From contig CAVTBR010000003.1 in assembly GCA_963733055.1 (NCBI GenBank), forward strand, positions 128,001-192,000: a DNA stretch of 64,000 bases. The letters are read 5' to 3'. Below, in pieces: positions 27,804 to 38,121 of the stretch. Every line of letters starts with the position of its first letter. Within the stretch, counting starts at the first letter, position 1. The notes beneath the pieces are model-generated. The model worked only from the letters and a program-made list of their open reading frames with translations. It was not told the DNA's origin and made no database searches. Source of the DNA: Candidatus Bathyarchaeota archaeon. GTDB taxonomy: Archaea > Thermoproteota > Bathyarchaeia > 40CM-2-53-6. The translations under genes were made by a program, and so were the position numbers.

Positions 27804-28724
27804 TCATGTCGTCCCTTTTCCAATGATTCGTGTTTTTTTCGCATTCAGGTCTAGAAGAAGGAGCGGCTCTTGGGGGGCGTGAACGATCGGATTAGGTGAG
27901 TCGATTACAATGAAGTCGTTGCTGATCTCGGAGATTGTTACGGGCGTTGTTTGCATGCCAATAGTTGCGTGGAAGCTACCCTCTTTGACCTCCTCAGCGT
28001 AGAAGTTGCTTTTGTGAAAGCTGACTTTCAATTTTGAATCGGCCTTGATTTCGGTTGAGGTAGTGAGGACGGAGCCCCGTCCCAGCTCTTCTACGGTTGC
28101 CCCTTTAATGGCTAACCCAACCCTTGTCCCTGCATCTGCGGTTTCCCAGTCTTCATCCTGAATCTGTATGGATCGCACGATGACCTCTTTGCCTGCGGGG
28201 AGTAGGTTTAGTTTGTCATACTTTCTAACGGTTCCCTGTTTCACGAAGCCCAGTACGACTTCTCCGACACCTTTTACGCTGAAAGAGTGGTCGACGACGA
28301 CCACTGGCGCGGAGGCGTTATCCCTTTTGGGGTTGATACTTTTCAGGAGTTCAAGGATCATGCCGGGGTTGTTCGGTTCTACGTTGAACGAGTTGATCGC
28401 AGTATTTTTTATGATGGACCGGATTTGGTCAGGAGTCGCGTAGGATGTCGTGATGGCGATTCCCGCCTTAACCCCCATAAGGTCAAGCATTAGAATCGTT
28501 TCGCCCAGCTCTCGTGTCATTTGTGAGAACGCGACTATGGCGGTGTCGATGGTTGAGATTATTTCGCTTTTGGCTGAGAGTTTGTCGGCGACTGGGGACA
28601 TGAAGCTGAAGATGTAATCATCCATTTTCCTGTTGGTCATGAGAATGTCGCTCTCTGTTCCCTTCTTCCCTAATTCTCGGGTCAGGGCGTCATCGTGAAA
28701 CACTCCGACAGTGAGATGTTGCAT
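27804..28724 (-). CDS. Archaeal SelB-like/EF-Tu domain II translation-factor-related protein
   Basis: LGKKGT.SDI, VDHSF.VKGVG.V.LG, VRSIQ..D......G.RVGLA.KG; degenerate G domain. Confidence 0.82.
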   Translation of the reverse strand: MQHLTVGVFHDDALTRELGKKGTESDILMTNRKMDDYIFSFMSPVADKLSAKSEIISTIDTAIVAFSQMTRELGETILMLDLMGVKAGIAITTSYATPDQIRSIIKNTAINSFNVEPNNPGMILELLKSINPKRDNASAPVVVVDHSFSVKGVGEVVLGFVKQGTVRKYDKLNLLPAGKEVIVRSIQIQDEDWETADAGTRVGLAIKGATVEELGRGSVLTTSTEIKADSKLKVSFHKSNFYAEEVKEGSFHATIGMQTTPVTISEISNDFIVIDSPNPIVHAPQEPLLLLDLNAKKTRIIGKGTT

Positions 28725-28835
28725 ACTTGCTAGCAACTCGTTTGTGCCATATCAACTTCAGGCCAGTGACGGCGTCGCTGCGGATTCGGGAAATGGAATG
28801 CTAATACCTGAGCCGAGAATAGTCGCCTGAAGCTT

Positions 28836-29762
28836 GTGCGTGGCTTGGATCCAGCGGTAATCGGAGAAAGTGCGGCGGTAGCTACCTCGTTCCTCTGGGC
28901 CGTGAGCTCGATCTTCTTCACTTCAGCTGGCAAAAAGATAGGTTGGCTGAACGTTAACGCATATCGCACCGTAATCGCGATCGCATTACTAGCCCTAACT
29001 CACGTCATCCTACTTGGAACGTTGGTCCCGTCTTTGAATGGCGGCCAATGGTTTTGGATGGGATTGAGTGGAATTGTAGGTTTGGGGATTGGGGACTCCG
29101 GATTGTTCGCGGCCTACCTCGCAATCGGCCCCAGGCGCTCGTTGTTGCTGATGGCTCTGGCCCCAATCTTCGCATCGGTGGGAGCATTCGTTCTGCTAAA
29201 TGAAACGATCAGAGAATTGGCCGTATTCGGGATAGCGCTCACCCTGATCGGCGTTGTGCTCGTCATTTTGGAGTCTGAGGAACGATCAGGTGAGGAAAGG
29301 ATCTCAAGAAGGCGAAGAGCGTCCGGAGTCTTCTGTGGCGTGGTTGCGGCCATGGGACAAGGCTTTGGTTTGGTGCTCTCTAAGAAGGGAATCGATCTGA
29401 ACCCGGGAGCTACACTAAATCCGTTGTCGGCAACACTTATGCGCTTAATATTTGCCGCGGTGTTCATTTGGCTCGTCGTTCTCGTAGCAGGCAAATTGCC
29501 ACAACTCGTGAGTGCGGCAAGAGACAGAGATGCCCTCCTGAACACGACGGCAGCCTCTTTCGTAGGCCCGTACTTGGGCATAACCCTCTCAATGGTTGCG
29601 GTTACTCTCACCGCCACGGGAGTGGCGCAGACACTACTATCCCTAATGCCCATCATGATAATCCCCATAGTTTGGATACTGCATCGGCAACGAACAAGCT
29701 GGCGCGGAATAGCGGGGGCGGCAGTGGCGGTCCTGGGAGTCGCAATCATCTTCCTAAGCTGA
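28836..29762 (+). CDS. DMT/EamA family transporter
   Basis: Ten TM helices in two EamA repeats. Confidence 0.88.
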   Translation: MRGLDPAVIGESAAVATSFLWAVSSIFFTSAGKKIGWLNVNAYRTVIAIALLALTHVILLGTLVPSLNGGQWFWMGLSGIVGLGIGDSGLFAAYLAIGPRRSLLLMALAPIFASVGAFVLLNETIRELAVFGIALTLIGVVLVILESEERSGEERISRRRRASGVFCGVVAAMGQGFGLVLSKKGIDLNPGATLNPLSATLMRLIFAAVFIWLVVLVAGKLPQLVSAARDRDALLNTTAASFVGPYLGITLSMVAVTLTATGVAQTLLSLMPIMIIPIVWILHRQRTSWRGIAGAAVAVLGVAIIFLS

Positions 29763-29829
29763 AGAGACTGTTCTTTCGACGAAAAAGAATCCTTAACTAT
29801 CCTTTTGCTTGCTTGCGGCTCGATATGTT

Positions 29830-30855
29830 TTGGCACGAAGCGTCGCTCTAATCCGCGGAGATGGGACGGGGCCGGAGCTTACCGAAGCAACTCTCAAGGT
29901 CCTGAAGGCCGTGGGTACGAAGATCAATTTCGTAGAATGCGAAGCGGGTTTCGAGTGGTGGCAAGCACACGGAGGACCCAAGCTCATTCCCGACTCAAGC
30001 TGGAAGATAATTGAATCCGCGGACGCATGCTTGAAAGGCCCTACGACTACGCCCGCCGGTCCGAACACTCCACGTAGCGTTGCAGTAACTATTCGACAAG
30101 GAATGAACCTCTACGCAAACATCAGGCCCGTCAAAACCTTCGAGGGAACCAAGCGCCCCCTCGGCGACGTAGAGTTAGTATGCGTTCGTGAAGCAACTGA
30201 GGGCCTCTATTCAGGGATTGAGCACAGGTTGTCGAATGATGTAGCGATCGCCTTTCGCAAAATTACCCGTACACCAAGCGAGAAGCTGTGCAGGACCGCG
30301 TTTGAAGAAGCCAAGCGCCGAGGATGGAAACGTACCTACGCCATCACTAAGCAAAACATTCTGAAGGAAACCGATGGGCTATTCATGGATGCTGCTAACG
30401 TTGTTCACGCGAACTACCCCGACATAAGCATGGAGGAATACTTCATCGACAACTTTGCGCAACAGCTAATCAAGAACCCTCAACGCTTCAATCAGAGCAT
30501 CATTTTTGGAACCAATCTTTTCATGGACATAATCTCAGAAGAGGTCTCTGCCCTAGTTGCTAGCATAGGGTGCATATACTCCGCGAACTTCGGGGATGAT
30601 TACGCCATGTTCGAACCCGCACACGGAAGCGCTCCACGGTACAAAGGGCAGGACAAGGTAAACCCAACAGCCACCGTCCTAGCAGGAGCCTGGATGCTGG
30701 ATTATCTGGGAGAGAAGAAGCAATCCGAGGCCATATTCAAAGCAACCCGAGAAGTAATAGCGGAAGGAAAGAAGGTCACATACGACATGGGCGGCAACGC
30801 CAGCTTATCACAAATGTCAGACGCCATTGCAGAGAGAGCACGAAAGTACTTATGA
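29830..30855 (+). CDS. Isocitrate/isopropylmalate dehydrogenase family protein
   Basis: GDG.GPE, LKGP.TTP, REATEGLY, FEPAHGSAP, VNPTA. Confidence 0.92.
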   Translation: MARSVALIRGDGTGPELTEATLKVLKAVGTKINFVECEAGFEWWQAHGGPKLIPDSSWKIIESADACLKGPTTTPAGPNTPRSVAVTIRQGMNLYANIRPVKTFEGTKRPLGDVELVCVREATEGLYSGIEHRLSNDVAIAFRKITRTPSEKLCRTAFEEAKRRGWKRTYAITKQNILKETDGLFMDAANVVHANYPDISMEEYFIDNFAQQLIKNPQRFNQSIIFGTNLFMDIISEEVSALVASIGCIYSANFGDDYAMFEPAHGSAPRYKGQDKVNPTATVLAGAWMLDYLGEKKQSEAIFKATREVIAEGKKVTYDMGGNASLSQMSDAIAERARKYL

Positions 30856-31085
30856 GCACACTTCCGCCAGAACCGCAGGCGATCGCCGATTTCCATTCGT
30901 AGTTTGAATGGAAAAAATATAGCCTGAAAGGCATGCGACCGGCGCTCGAATGGGCACTGACACGCCCGATTACCACTTTCAGCATCGAACTCGACCGCAA
31001 TTAACAGTACTACAGTGTCGATTGAATGGGTGGAGTGTACAAAAACGCATATCTGTTGGTGTGGTTGATTATCGAACGAGCCCAT

Positions 31086-31283
31086 ATGTCAACCACCCAA
31101 ACCGAAGAGAAGGAATTCTCAGACGAAGAACTTGAAGAAATAATCGACATGAAAGCCCCCACGGAGCTGGTTAAGGAATTCGAGGCGATGGTGAAAGAGA
31201 GCCCCCTACTCGTTACGGGTCTGGTATTCGCCTTTGGAATTCTCATAGGCGTTTCACTCTCATCTGGACGAAGAAGACGCTGA
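31086..31283 (+). CDS. DUF883/ElaB-YqjD-like tail-anchored small protein
   Basis: VKESPLLVTGLVFAFGILIG...RRRR C-terminal pattern. Confidence 0.6.
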   Translation: MSTTQTEEKEFSDEELEEIIDMKAPTELVKEFEAMVKESPLLVTGLVFAFGILIGVSLSSGRRRR

Positions 31284-31332
31284 AAGGTATTCTTTTATTG
31301 GTTGAACGTTGAGCTTACGCGTGGCGTAGATT

Positions 31333-31548
31333 TTGCCGAAAAAGAAAGACGCACCCAGCGACATTCCGCGGTACATGAAGAGTCTTCGGAAAGATGTGGA
31401 CGGTCGCCTGACCGATCTGAAGTCAGAAATGGACGATGTTCAAAAGCGAGCGATGAAAACGATGAAGGAACGGCCGATGCTTGCGCTAGGAATAGCGTTC
31501 GTTGTTGGGATGGCATTCGGCATCGCACTCGCAAACGCTGGAGACTAG
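31333..31548 (+). CDS. DUF883/ElaB-YqjD-like tail-anchored small protein
   Basis: Coiled coil then MKERPMLALGIAFVVGMAFG. Confidence 0.65.
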   Translation: MPKKKDAPSDIPRYMKSLRKDVDGRLTDLKSEMDDVQKRAMKTMKERPMLALGIAFVVGMAFGIALANAGD

Positions 31549-31557
31549 GCGTTCGCA

Positions 31558-31857
31558 TTGCCCGAACCCGAAAAACCAGCTCTCGCCGAGAAACTCGTGA
31601 AACTAATCCTCCGCGAAGCCCTCGGAGGCGTCGCCAAGCCGGTAGAACACTTTGTCAAACGCCTCGTCAGATCCGTGGCCTTGATCATGGGCGGCATAGT
31701 GGTCGCTGTGATTGGAATTGCCTTTGTCGCGGTCGGGGCCGTGAAGTGGCTTAGTGCCCTTATGCCAACTTGGCTAGCTTGGGCGCTTGTGGGAATTATA
31801 CTGCTCCTTCTCGGAGTAGTCGTAACCACAACGGCATACGCGAGCGGTCGGAGCTAG
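31558..31857 (+). CDS. YqjE/phage-holin-family-like two-TM protein
   Basis: Amphipathic N-terminus, two TM helices with P.WLA..LVG. Confidence 0.6.
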   Translation: MPEPEKPALAEKLVKLILREALGGVAKPVEHFVKRLVRSVALIMGGIVVAVIGIAFVAVGAVKWLSALMPTWLAWALVGIILLLLGVVVTTTAYASGRS

Positions 31858-31902
31858 ACACATCCGACGAGTTAGCCTTCGATTTATCGACTTAATCGCC
31901 GG

Positions 31903-32196
31903 TTATGGTGCGGCGTTCTGAGTCGACAGGAACCGAATAATCTTTCCTGCACCCAGCTTCTCTGTAACGATCTTCTGCTCTTCAGAGTTCAGTGCTTTGT
32001 ATTTTAGATGAGTCTCAGTGACGCCCGCGTAGCGGCCTGCGACAAGGTACGCGTTTGCACCCTTTTCTTTGTATATGGTTATGGGCTTGTGTACGGCCGC
32101 TGTGTCTGTGCCGGCGTATAGGTAGGTGATTGCGTCGTCGTACTTCGCTTTGTCTTCGATCTTGAGCAGAACCACGTTAGTCTCGTCGGGTTTCAT
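31903..32196 (-). CDS. Hypothetical protein
   Basis: ATG with GTGAGG-like RBS; no recognised motif. Confidence 0.6.
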   Translation of the reverse strand: MKPDETNVVLLKIEDKAKYDDAITYLYAGTDTAAVHKPITIYKEKGANAYLVAGRYAGVTETHLKYKALNSEEQKIVTEKLGAGKIIRFLSTQNAAP

Positions 32197-32228
32197 GTGG
32201 CCCTCACGTATCTACACTCGTAAAACTG

Positions 32229-32768
32229 TTACGCTGTCGCAGCGTAATTCTGTTGGAAGTTAGCTTCGTAGAGGGATGCGATCGCAGTACTGTCAATAAC
32301 GATTAGATTTTCTCGATTTTCCTTGTTGGCTTGGTTTGTCCAATTGAACGATCCGGTAAGCAGGATGTGGCCGTCAATTATGGCGAGTTTGTCGTGCATA
32401 AGTCCCGATCGTGTGTCTAGATGAATAGCGATGCCGTCAGCTGTCAGTTTGCTGTATTGGCTCCCAGTTTCGTTAACGGTGCTATGGTCCCATATGACCT
32501 CGATGTTCAAGTTCGGTTTCGCCTGATGGGCGATGACCAGCGCGTCGCTAATCTGCGGTAAAGTGAACTCGTAGATTTCTATGTGGATTGTACTATTGGC
32601 GCGGCCGATCCAATAGGCGACGGTTGTCCCGCAATTTCCATCAGGGGAGAAACAGACGGAGATAACTGTCACATTCTGAGCCTTGACGAAACCAGTCGAC
32701 AAGGATACTGAGATCACGCCGATGAGAAGAAGAGGAAGGAGTCGGCGAATCGTAATCAGCCTATACAC
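32229..32768 (-). CDS. Secreted phospholipase D family (Nuc-like) protein
   Basis: FSP, single HKD motif MHDKLAIID....TGSFNWT..A...N.EN. Confidence 0.9.
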   Translation of the reverse strand: MYRLITIRRLLPLLLIGVISVSLSTGFVKAQNVTVISVCFSPDGNCGTTVAYWIGRANSTIHIEIYEFTLPQISDALVIAHQAKPNLNIEVIWDHSTVNETGSQYSKLTADGIAIHLDTRSGLMHDKLAIIDGHILLTGSFNWTNQANKENRENLIVIDSTAIASLYEANFQQNYAATA

Positions 32769-32854
32769 CCCAAGTAAGAACTACGTTGAATCACGGTTTA
32801 AGGGTTCACGACAATTCTTACTTCGAATAGCTTCTGCTAGAAAACGTGTACAAG

Positions 32855-33220
32855 TTAGGATTCCGATTTGACGGTGCTTTCCTTTTCATTGGGAACCTCG
32901 CGAGAATCTCCGGTAGCTTGATTGTGGGCGTCCATGCTCGCTTTCAGGAAGCGTTTGTAGCTGGAGAGGTAACAAAACAACCCATTCTGCAGGAAGAGGC
33001 TTAACACATCGTTACGGCTGCGCCCATGGTCTTGAGCCCACGTGTCGACCTTTCTCAGAAAACCGGCCGGCAAATGAACGGTAACCCATCCCCGCGGGAT
33101 CCACGCGGACTGTACCCACGCCGAACGGTCCACACAAGTCAACGGTTGCTGACATAGCTGAAGCAGATCTTCAGACCGTTTCGTCCTCACAAAACTTGCT
33201 GTCGTGCCGAATCTTAGCAC
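32855..33220 (-). CDS. Hypothetical protein with ribbon-helix-helix-like segment
   Basis: VTVHLP......VD.WA...GRSRNDV pattern. Confidence 0.45.
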   Translation of the reverse strand: MLRFGTTASFVRTKRSEDLLQLCQQPLTCVDRSAWVQSAWIPRGWVTVHLPAGFLRKVDTWAQDHGRSRNDVLSLFLQNGLFCYLSSYKRFLKASMDAHNQATGDSREVPNEKESTVKSES

Positions 33221-33271
33221 CGCATTCGCGTCAGGACTTCTTGCCTGGAAGTCGGTGACTTGGGCGGAGTC

Positions 33272-34415
33272 TTACGGAGTTTCATGCTCTCTGCCGCGTT
33301 TCATGACCATTATTCCGGTCACTGCCGCGACGACGATGATTGCGACAAGCATGCCATAGAATGCCATGGAGAAGTCATGGTTCCATTTGGCTGTCGCAGT
33401 CTTCGGACCGTCCATGGTTATCGGATTCGACTTGAGGTTCATGCCAGATGAGCCGTTGGTCCATACTGCGAAATCCCAATTGTAGAAAATCCCATCACTT
33501 GTTGTACCAGTCTCCAAGGCGGCGTACGCTTTGGAGCCTTCATCGTACCATCCCGCTCCCGTGGCATTTCCGTGATCCGAGTTGACGGTCAATCGGTATT
33601 GGATCTTATACTGTGCAGTGTACACCGCAGTTGCTCGTTACCGTTATCGCTCTCGAGGCATCAGTTACGCCGTCACTCCAACCCGTGAATACGTATTGAG
33701 TACCCGGTTCATTCCCGGCAACAATCTTCTGAACGCTCAGAGAATGCTGGGTTCCTTGACGCCAACTGACTTGCATGCCCGAGCTTACAACTTCACCATC
33801 AACCGTTAAATCCGCGATAGCTGCAGCGCCTCCAGGCGAAACCGTGAAAGAGACAGTATAGATCCCAACCGCAGTGCCTAATGTCGCATCCAAGGTGGCA
33901 TACGGTTGCTCTCCTACGTAGCTTACTACGATTTGTCCTCGCTGATCAACGAGGAAAAAGTACGGGACCTCGTTGACGCCGTATATGTCGAAAATGGTAC
34001 CAGAAGAATCGTAAAGGTAAGTCCAAGACTCGCCATAGCTTCTGATGAACAGGGCAACATCGTTGGCAGTGGCTCCATTCCAAGGACCGGCTATGGAAAT
34101 GAATACTACCCCTCCGCTTCCGTACTTCGCGTGCAACTCAACAAGAACAGGCGCCATATTCTGACAGTGAGAGCACCAAGGCTCCATGAAGTCAAGAAGT
34201 ACAACTTTCCCACGAAAAGACGATAAGGAAACAGATTCGCCAGTCAGACCGTTTGACCCAACCACAGGAAGAGTGAAGTCTGGTGCTGTCCCGCTTTGGG
34301 CTCTGACTGTAGCAACTACGCTGAACGCATACAGTGTGAGAAGAACTACAACTAACCATCTAGACCGCTCAGATCTGCAATAACTAATGCTCTTCATTTT
34401 ATCACGGTATGCCAC
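33272..34415 (-). CDS. TlpA/redoxin family protein with C-terminal surface beta-repeats and TM anchor; frameshift near 33630
   Basis: APDFTL, WCSHC, F.GWSDG repeat; ORFs 33606-34415 and 33272-33625 join if one base is removed (..VTSTAVYTAQYKIQY..). Confidence 0.8.
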
Positions 34416-34491
34416 ATCGTTTTTGCAAAAATAACGGTTGTTATGTCATATGTCATCAGGTCAGGTGGACAATAGATGGAGCGTCTCAGAT

Positions 34492-34637
34492 TGGAGCCGG
34501 GGATGGGATTCGAACCCACCTCAGCGATACTACGCTTCTATACTGCGGGTTGCGGCAAGCGTATTCTTCTGCAGCCCGCCGCCTGAACCGTTCGGCATTC
34601 AGTGACCCCTAGACGGAGTCCTAAGGTCAACCCCGGC
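34492..34637 (-). tRNA. tRNA-Cys(GCA) with about three introns
   Basis: Acceptor GCCGGGG/CCCCGGC, U73, CCA; GCGGG-CT-GCA-G[intron]A-CCCGC; GTGGGTTCGAATCCCAT; 146 nt total. Confidence 0.85.
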
Positions 34638-34707
34638 GTTCGCCCCGGCGAGCGAATCGTTGCGGCTGTAGCTCTAATAAACCTGCACATAACCTAGCAA
34701 CTGAGAG

Positions 34708-35019
34708 GTGGCGTCGGTGACGACGGAGGATCGACCAGAGAATATGTTCTTCAAACTTTGCTCTGACCACCTCTCCATTGAAGCCATCCCAAGGAGGACC
34801 ATTCGAGTCGACATTGCTGAATTGAAGCAGCGAGCACTATCGGGACTCGAGCTCATGCTCTGGACGCCGCACTTTGTCGTCCTAAGAAACCGCGAGGGAC
34901 AGGAGATAACGTTGAGAAAGGATGGGAGAATGATAATAAGAAAGGTCGCATCGGAGCCGGTTGCCAAGCGAGCGGCCGCAGAAGTTATGGATGCAGTCCG
35001 CGGGCTGTCCCAGAATTAG
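34708..35019 (+). CDS. Stand-alone homolog of the MoeB/ThiF C-terminal domain
   Basis: LC...TP..V......G.E..L.K.GRMII pattern shared with the C-terminus of 35723-36756. Confidence 0.65.
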   Translation: MASVTTEDRPENMFFKLCSDHLSIEAIPRRTIRVDIAELKQRALSGLELMLWTPHFVVLRNREGQEITLRKDGRMIIRKVASEPVAKRAAAEVMDAVRGLSQN

Positions 35020-35726
35020 AGTCGAACGTTGAGAATTCGGGCTTCTTCTAGATCCCTCTTCACCATGGCATCCACATCTAGGGCCGTTTCAACTTCCGTT
35101 AAACGGTCCCGCCTTGCCGACGTACTCGGGTTGTCCGTTGGCACACCGCAAGTCGCGACGCCTGGGCGAATCGAAATCGGATAGGTTCCTATCTTCTTCG
35201 CATATTCCTCGATCTTCAGCTTATTCATTCCAACCAATGGCCTCAGCACCCGGACCTTGTTCAGCACGCTGTCTGCCGCCACAATATTCTGCAGTGTTTG
35301 GCTTGCCTTCTGACCGAGAGCGTCACCGGTCACAATCGCTTGGCATCCATGCCGCAGAGCAATCTCTTCCGCAACTCTAAACATGATCCGCCTTGAGAGT
35401 ATACACGCATATTTCGTTGGGCATTTTGACAGAATGGCCTGCAGGTCAGGGGAATGCGCCACGACATAAATTCGGGCATCCTCGATTCCAGCAACGCGGC
35501 AGACGGCTCTTATCGAATCCAAGGCAATGCCCTCGGCCGCTTGGTCGCAGAGCGGATAATTATCGAAGTAGGAGAAGATCGGCTCAACACCCTTCCGAAT
35601 CAGCAGCCACGCCGCAACGGGAGAATCGATTCCCCCCGAGACGAGGAAGAGCGCCTTACCAGCTAGTCGCGGTCGGGGTTGCTCGGCAGATATCGTGGTG
35701 GTTTCAAGCGCCATCCTTTGCATCAA
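35016..35726 (-). CDS. ThiI-like tRNA sulfurtransferase, PP-loop domain only
   Basis: SGGIDSPVA, TGDALGQKASQT, RPL.G..K..I...A..IGT; no THUMP domain. Confidence 0.85.
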   Translation of the reverse strand: MMQRMALETTTISAEQPRPRLAGKALFLVSGGIDSPVAAWLLIRKGVEPIFSYFDNYPLCDQAAEGIALDSIRAVCRVAGIEDARIYVVAHSPDLQAILSKCPTKYACILSRRIMFRVAEEIALRHGCQAIVTGDALGQKASQTLQNIVAADSVLNKVRVLRPLVGMNKLKIEEYAKKIGTYPISIRPGVATCGVPTDNPSTSARRDRLTEVETALDVDAMVKRDLEEARILNVRL

Positions 35727-36756
35727 CTTTTGGTGATTATCTCGAAGATTCCTCGTGAGACCTCAAGTGCTTCCGCCTCGTCTTTCACGTTTTTGATGAG
35801 CATTCTACCTTTCCTAAATAGGCTTACTTCATGACCCTGGTAATCGAAGACTATCACCATTGGTGTGGTCAAGAGAAGTGTGTGTTTTCCACCGATTGTC
35901 TTTGCTATCGACTGCAGATCCAGGGACTGCGGTGATTCTGGGTTTACGTTCGCAGTGCTTGAGCCGCAGAGCCAAGCCAATTTTGACGGATACGCAACCA
36001 CGCTGGGTGCTTTGATTTGGCAAACATTGCAGTCCTTCCGTATCGCCAAAGGGATCGTTCGAAATTCTGATTGTGCAAAATCGAACACCATTAACTTCCC
36101 TTTCGATGCTGGCTCGATTTCCGCAAGGACCTTTATCGCTTCCATCGCTTGAAGCGCTCCAATTATCCCCGTCGTAGCACCCAAAACACCTCTCGTGTCG
36201 CACGTTGGTAAGTCGGCGTCGATAAGGTCGGGGAGGAAACACTCCAGGCAGGGAGTTTCAGGTACTTTCAACGTGGCCACGTTCCCCTCCATTCCAATCG
36301 CGCCACCGAAAATTAGCGGGACCTGCTTTTCCGTACAAAACCTGTTTATCACATATCGGGTTTGCATATTGTCAAGGCCGTCGACGACGCAGTCCGCGCC
36401 GGTGAGGGCAGACGAGACGTTTTCTGCGCTAATATTATCGGGAATCGGGTCAACTTTTACTGTTGGGTTGATTTGTTGTATCCTGCGGGCCGCAGCCTCA
36501 ACTTTCGGATATCGGAGGTCCGAGACCGAGTAGAGAATCTGTCTGTGAAGATTATTAATTTCCACAGTATCCTGGTCCACAAGAGTTAGTCTCCCCACAC
36601 CCGCGAGTGCTAGGTAAAGAGCAGACACGCTTCCCAAACCCCCCAAACCAACAACAGCCACTTCCGCGGTCCTCAACTTCTCCTGCCCCGAGGTCCAAGC
36701 TCAGAGAGTATAGTTTGTCGACTATAGTACCCCGCCGTGTCAAATGCGGCTGACAT
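35723..36756 (-). CDS. HesA/MoeB/ThiF family E1-like adenylyltransferase; frameshift near 36687
   Basis: YSRQ N-terminus from ATG 36756 joins by one extra G; GLGGLG, NLHRQ, C..C, TCDT.GV. Confidence 0.88.
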
Positions 36757-36808
36757 AGAGCCTTCGAACCTAGAATATGTGAAGCAAGCTTTCAGGGTAT
36801 GGGCTTCG

Positions 36809-38013
36809 TTAGGAGTAGAAGGGGAATCCGAGCTTGGCTATTTGGTACTTCAAGAACGGCCACGCCAACTTGCCCTGAACATCCCTGTACCGCAATGTTC
36901 CTTCCATCAAACCAACCATGCATTCCTGCACCTTCTTCTCCGAGAAGAAGTATCGCGCAACCCGATCCATATCGTACTGTTCTAGGTAACTGAAGCATGC
37001 GACTCGGTAGGCAACATCGAAATCCTTCCCAAATTCCTTGTAACACCTACGAGCATAAGTTGCAAGAAATTCCTCATCAAACTTCCCGGCACTGCACGCC
37101 TCCTCTGCAACATCCGCAGCTATCTGCCCACCCAAGATGGCAAAGTATATGCCCTCACCCAACAACGGCTCCGCAAAGCCTGCAGAATCACCCGCAAGTA
37201 GGATCCTGTCCGCCGCAAGAGGAACCTTGGCGATGCCACCGAGAGGGATCAAGTGTGCTTTTGGCTTAGGTATGTCCCGCCCTTCCAGTTCGGAAATTCC
37301 TTTCACAAACTGTCGGAAGAGTTCTTGCGCGTCTCGAAGTTTGCTTAGCCTGCACCCGACTCCGACGGTTAAGTGGTCGTCTTTAGGGAATACCCAGCCG
37401 TAACCGGCTTGGGACACTCCGAAGTAAATGTCAAAACATTCTTGTTCTCCGATAAAGTCGAGAACGGCCTCCCTTCCAATTCGGACTTCTGCTTCGATTG
37501 CGTAAGCAACCTGGTACGGGTTCCAACTCTGGTACAGGTGTCCGCTCCTCGCGGTCGGACCACCCATCCCATCGGCGCCTATGACCATCTTTGATTGGAT
37601 GGAGTCATTCGGAGTTCTGACCTCAATGTTCTCGGGATGTGCCTCGATACTTCGAACGGGAGTTCCATCCCTCACCTCCGCTCCGGCCTCGGCTGCTTTC
37701 CGGTATAGAAGATTGTCAAATTTGGTTCTGGAGGTCATGTAGACGAGTGGTTGTGATGTTTGGAACGTGAAGCAGTTTTGGCCGACATGAATTCTGGTGG
37801 ATTTGGGAGCACATTCGATGATATCCTCGGGGAGAGGAAAGCCCAACAACTTCAACACCTTTGGCGTGACACCCCCACCACAAAGCTTGTCCCGGGGCAT
37901 CCTCTCTTTCTCCAGCAGAAGGGTATTCAAACCAAGCTGGGCTGCCTTTCGGGCGGCCGCCGACCCCGCTGGACCTGCACCAACAACAATCAGGTCGTAC
38001 GTTTAGATCTCAA
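36809..38013 (-). CDS. Geranylgeranyl reductase family FAD oxidoreductase; frameshift near 38003
   Basis: YDLIVVGAGPAGS upstream of ORF-track start, PRDKLCGG, GYGWVFPK, GDSAG...P..GEGI. Confidence 0.88.
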
Positions 38014-38121
38014 CTGCCGAATTCTACGATTGTGGCCTCGCAATCGAGGTTGATGAATCTCATCAACGAATGTTCAGTAGTGTCCCACTGTGTCACAGTC
38101 GGATAACACTGTGGCACAGTC

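Noticed and set aside
27804-28724. Evidence of selenocysteine machinery
   Set aside because: The G domain is degenerate; no tRNA-Sec, SECIS or in-frame TGA selenoprotein was seen in the window.
29114-29836. 240-aa antisense ORF and similar shadow ORFs (e.g. 56487-57041, 40499-41062, 31302-31754)
   Set aside because: They overlap well-supported genes and have no recognisable motifs.
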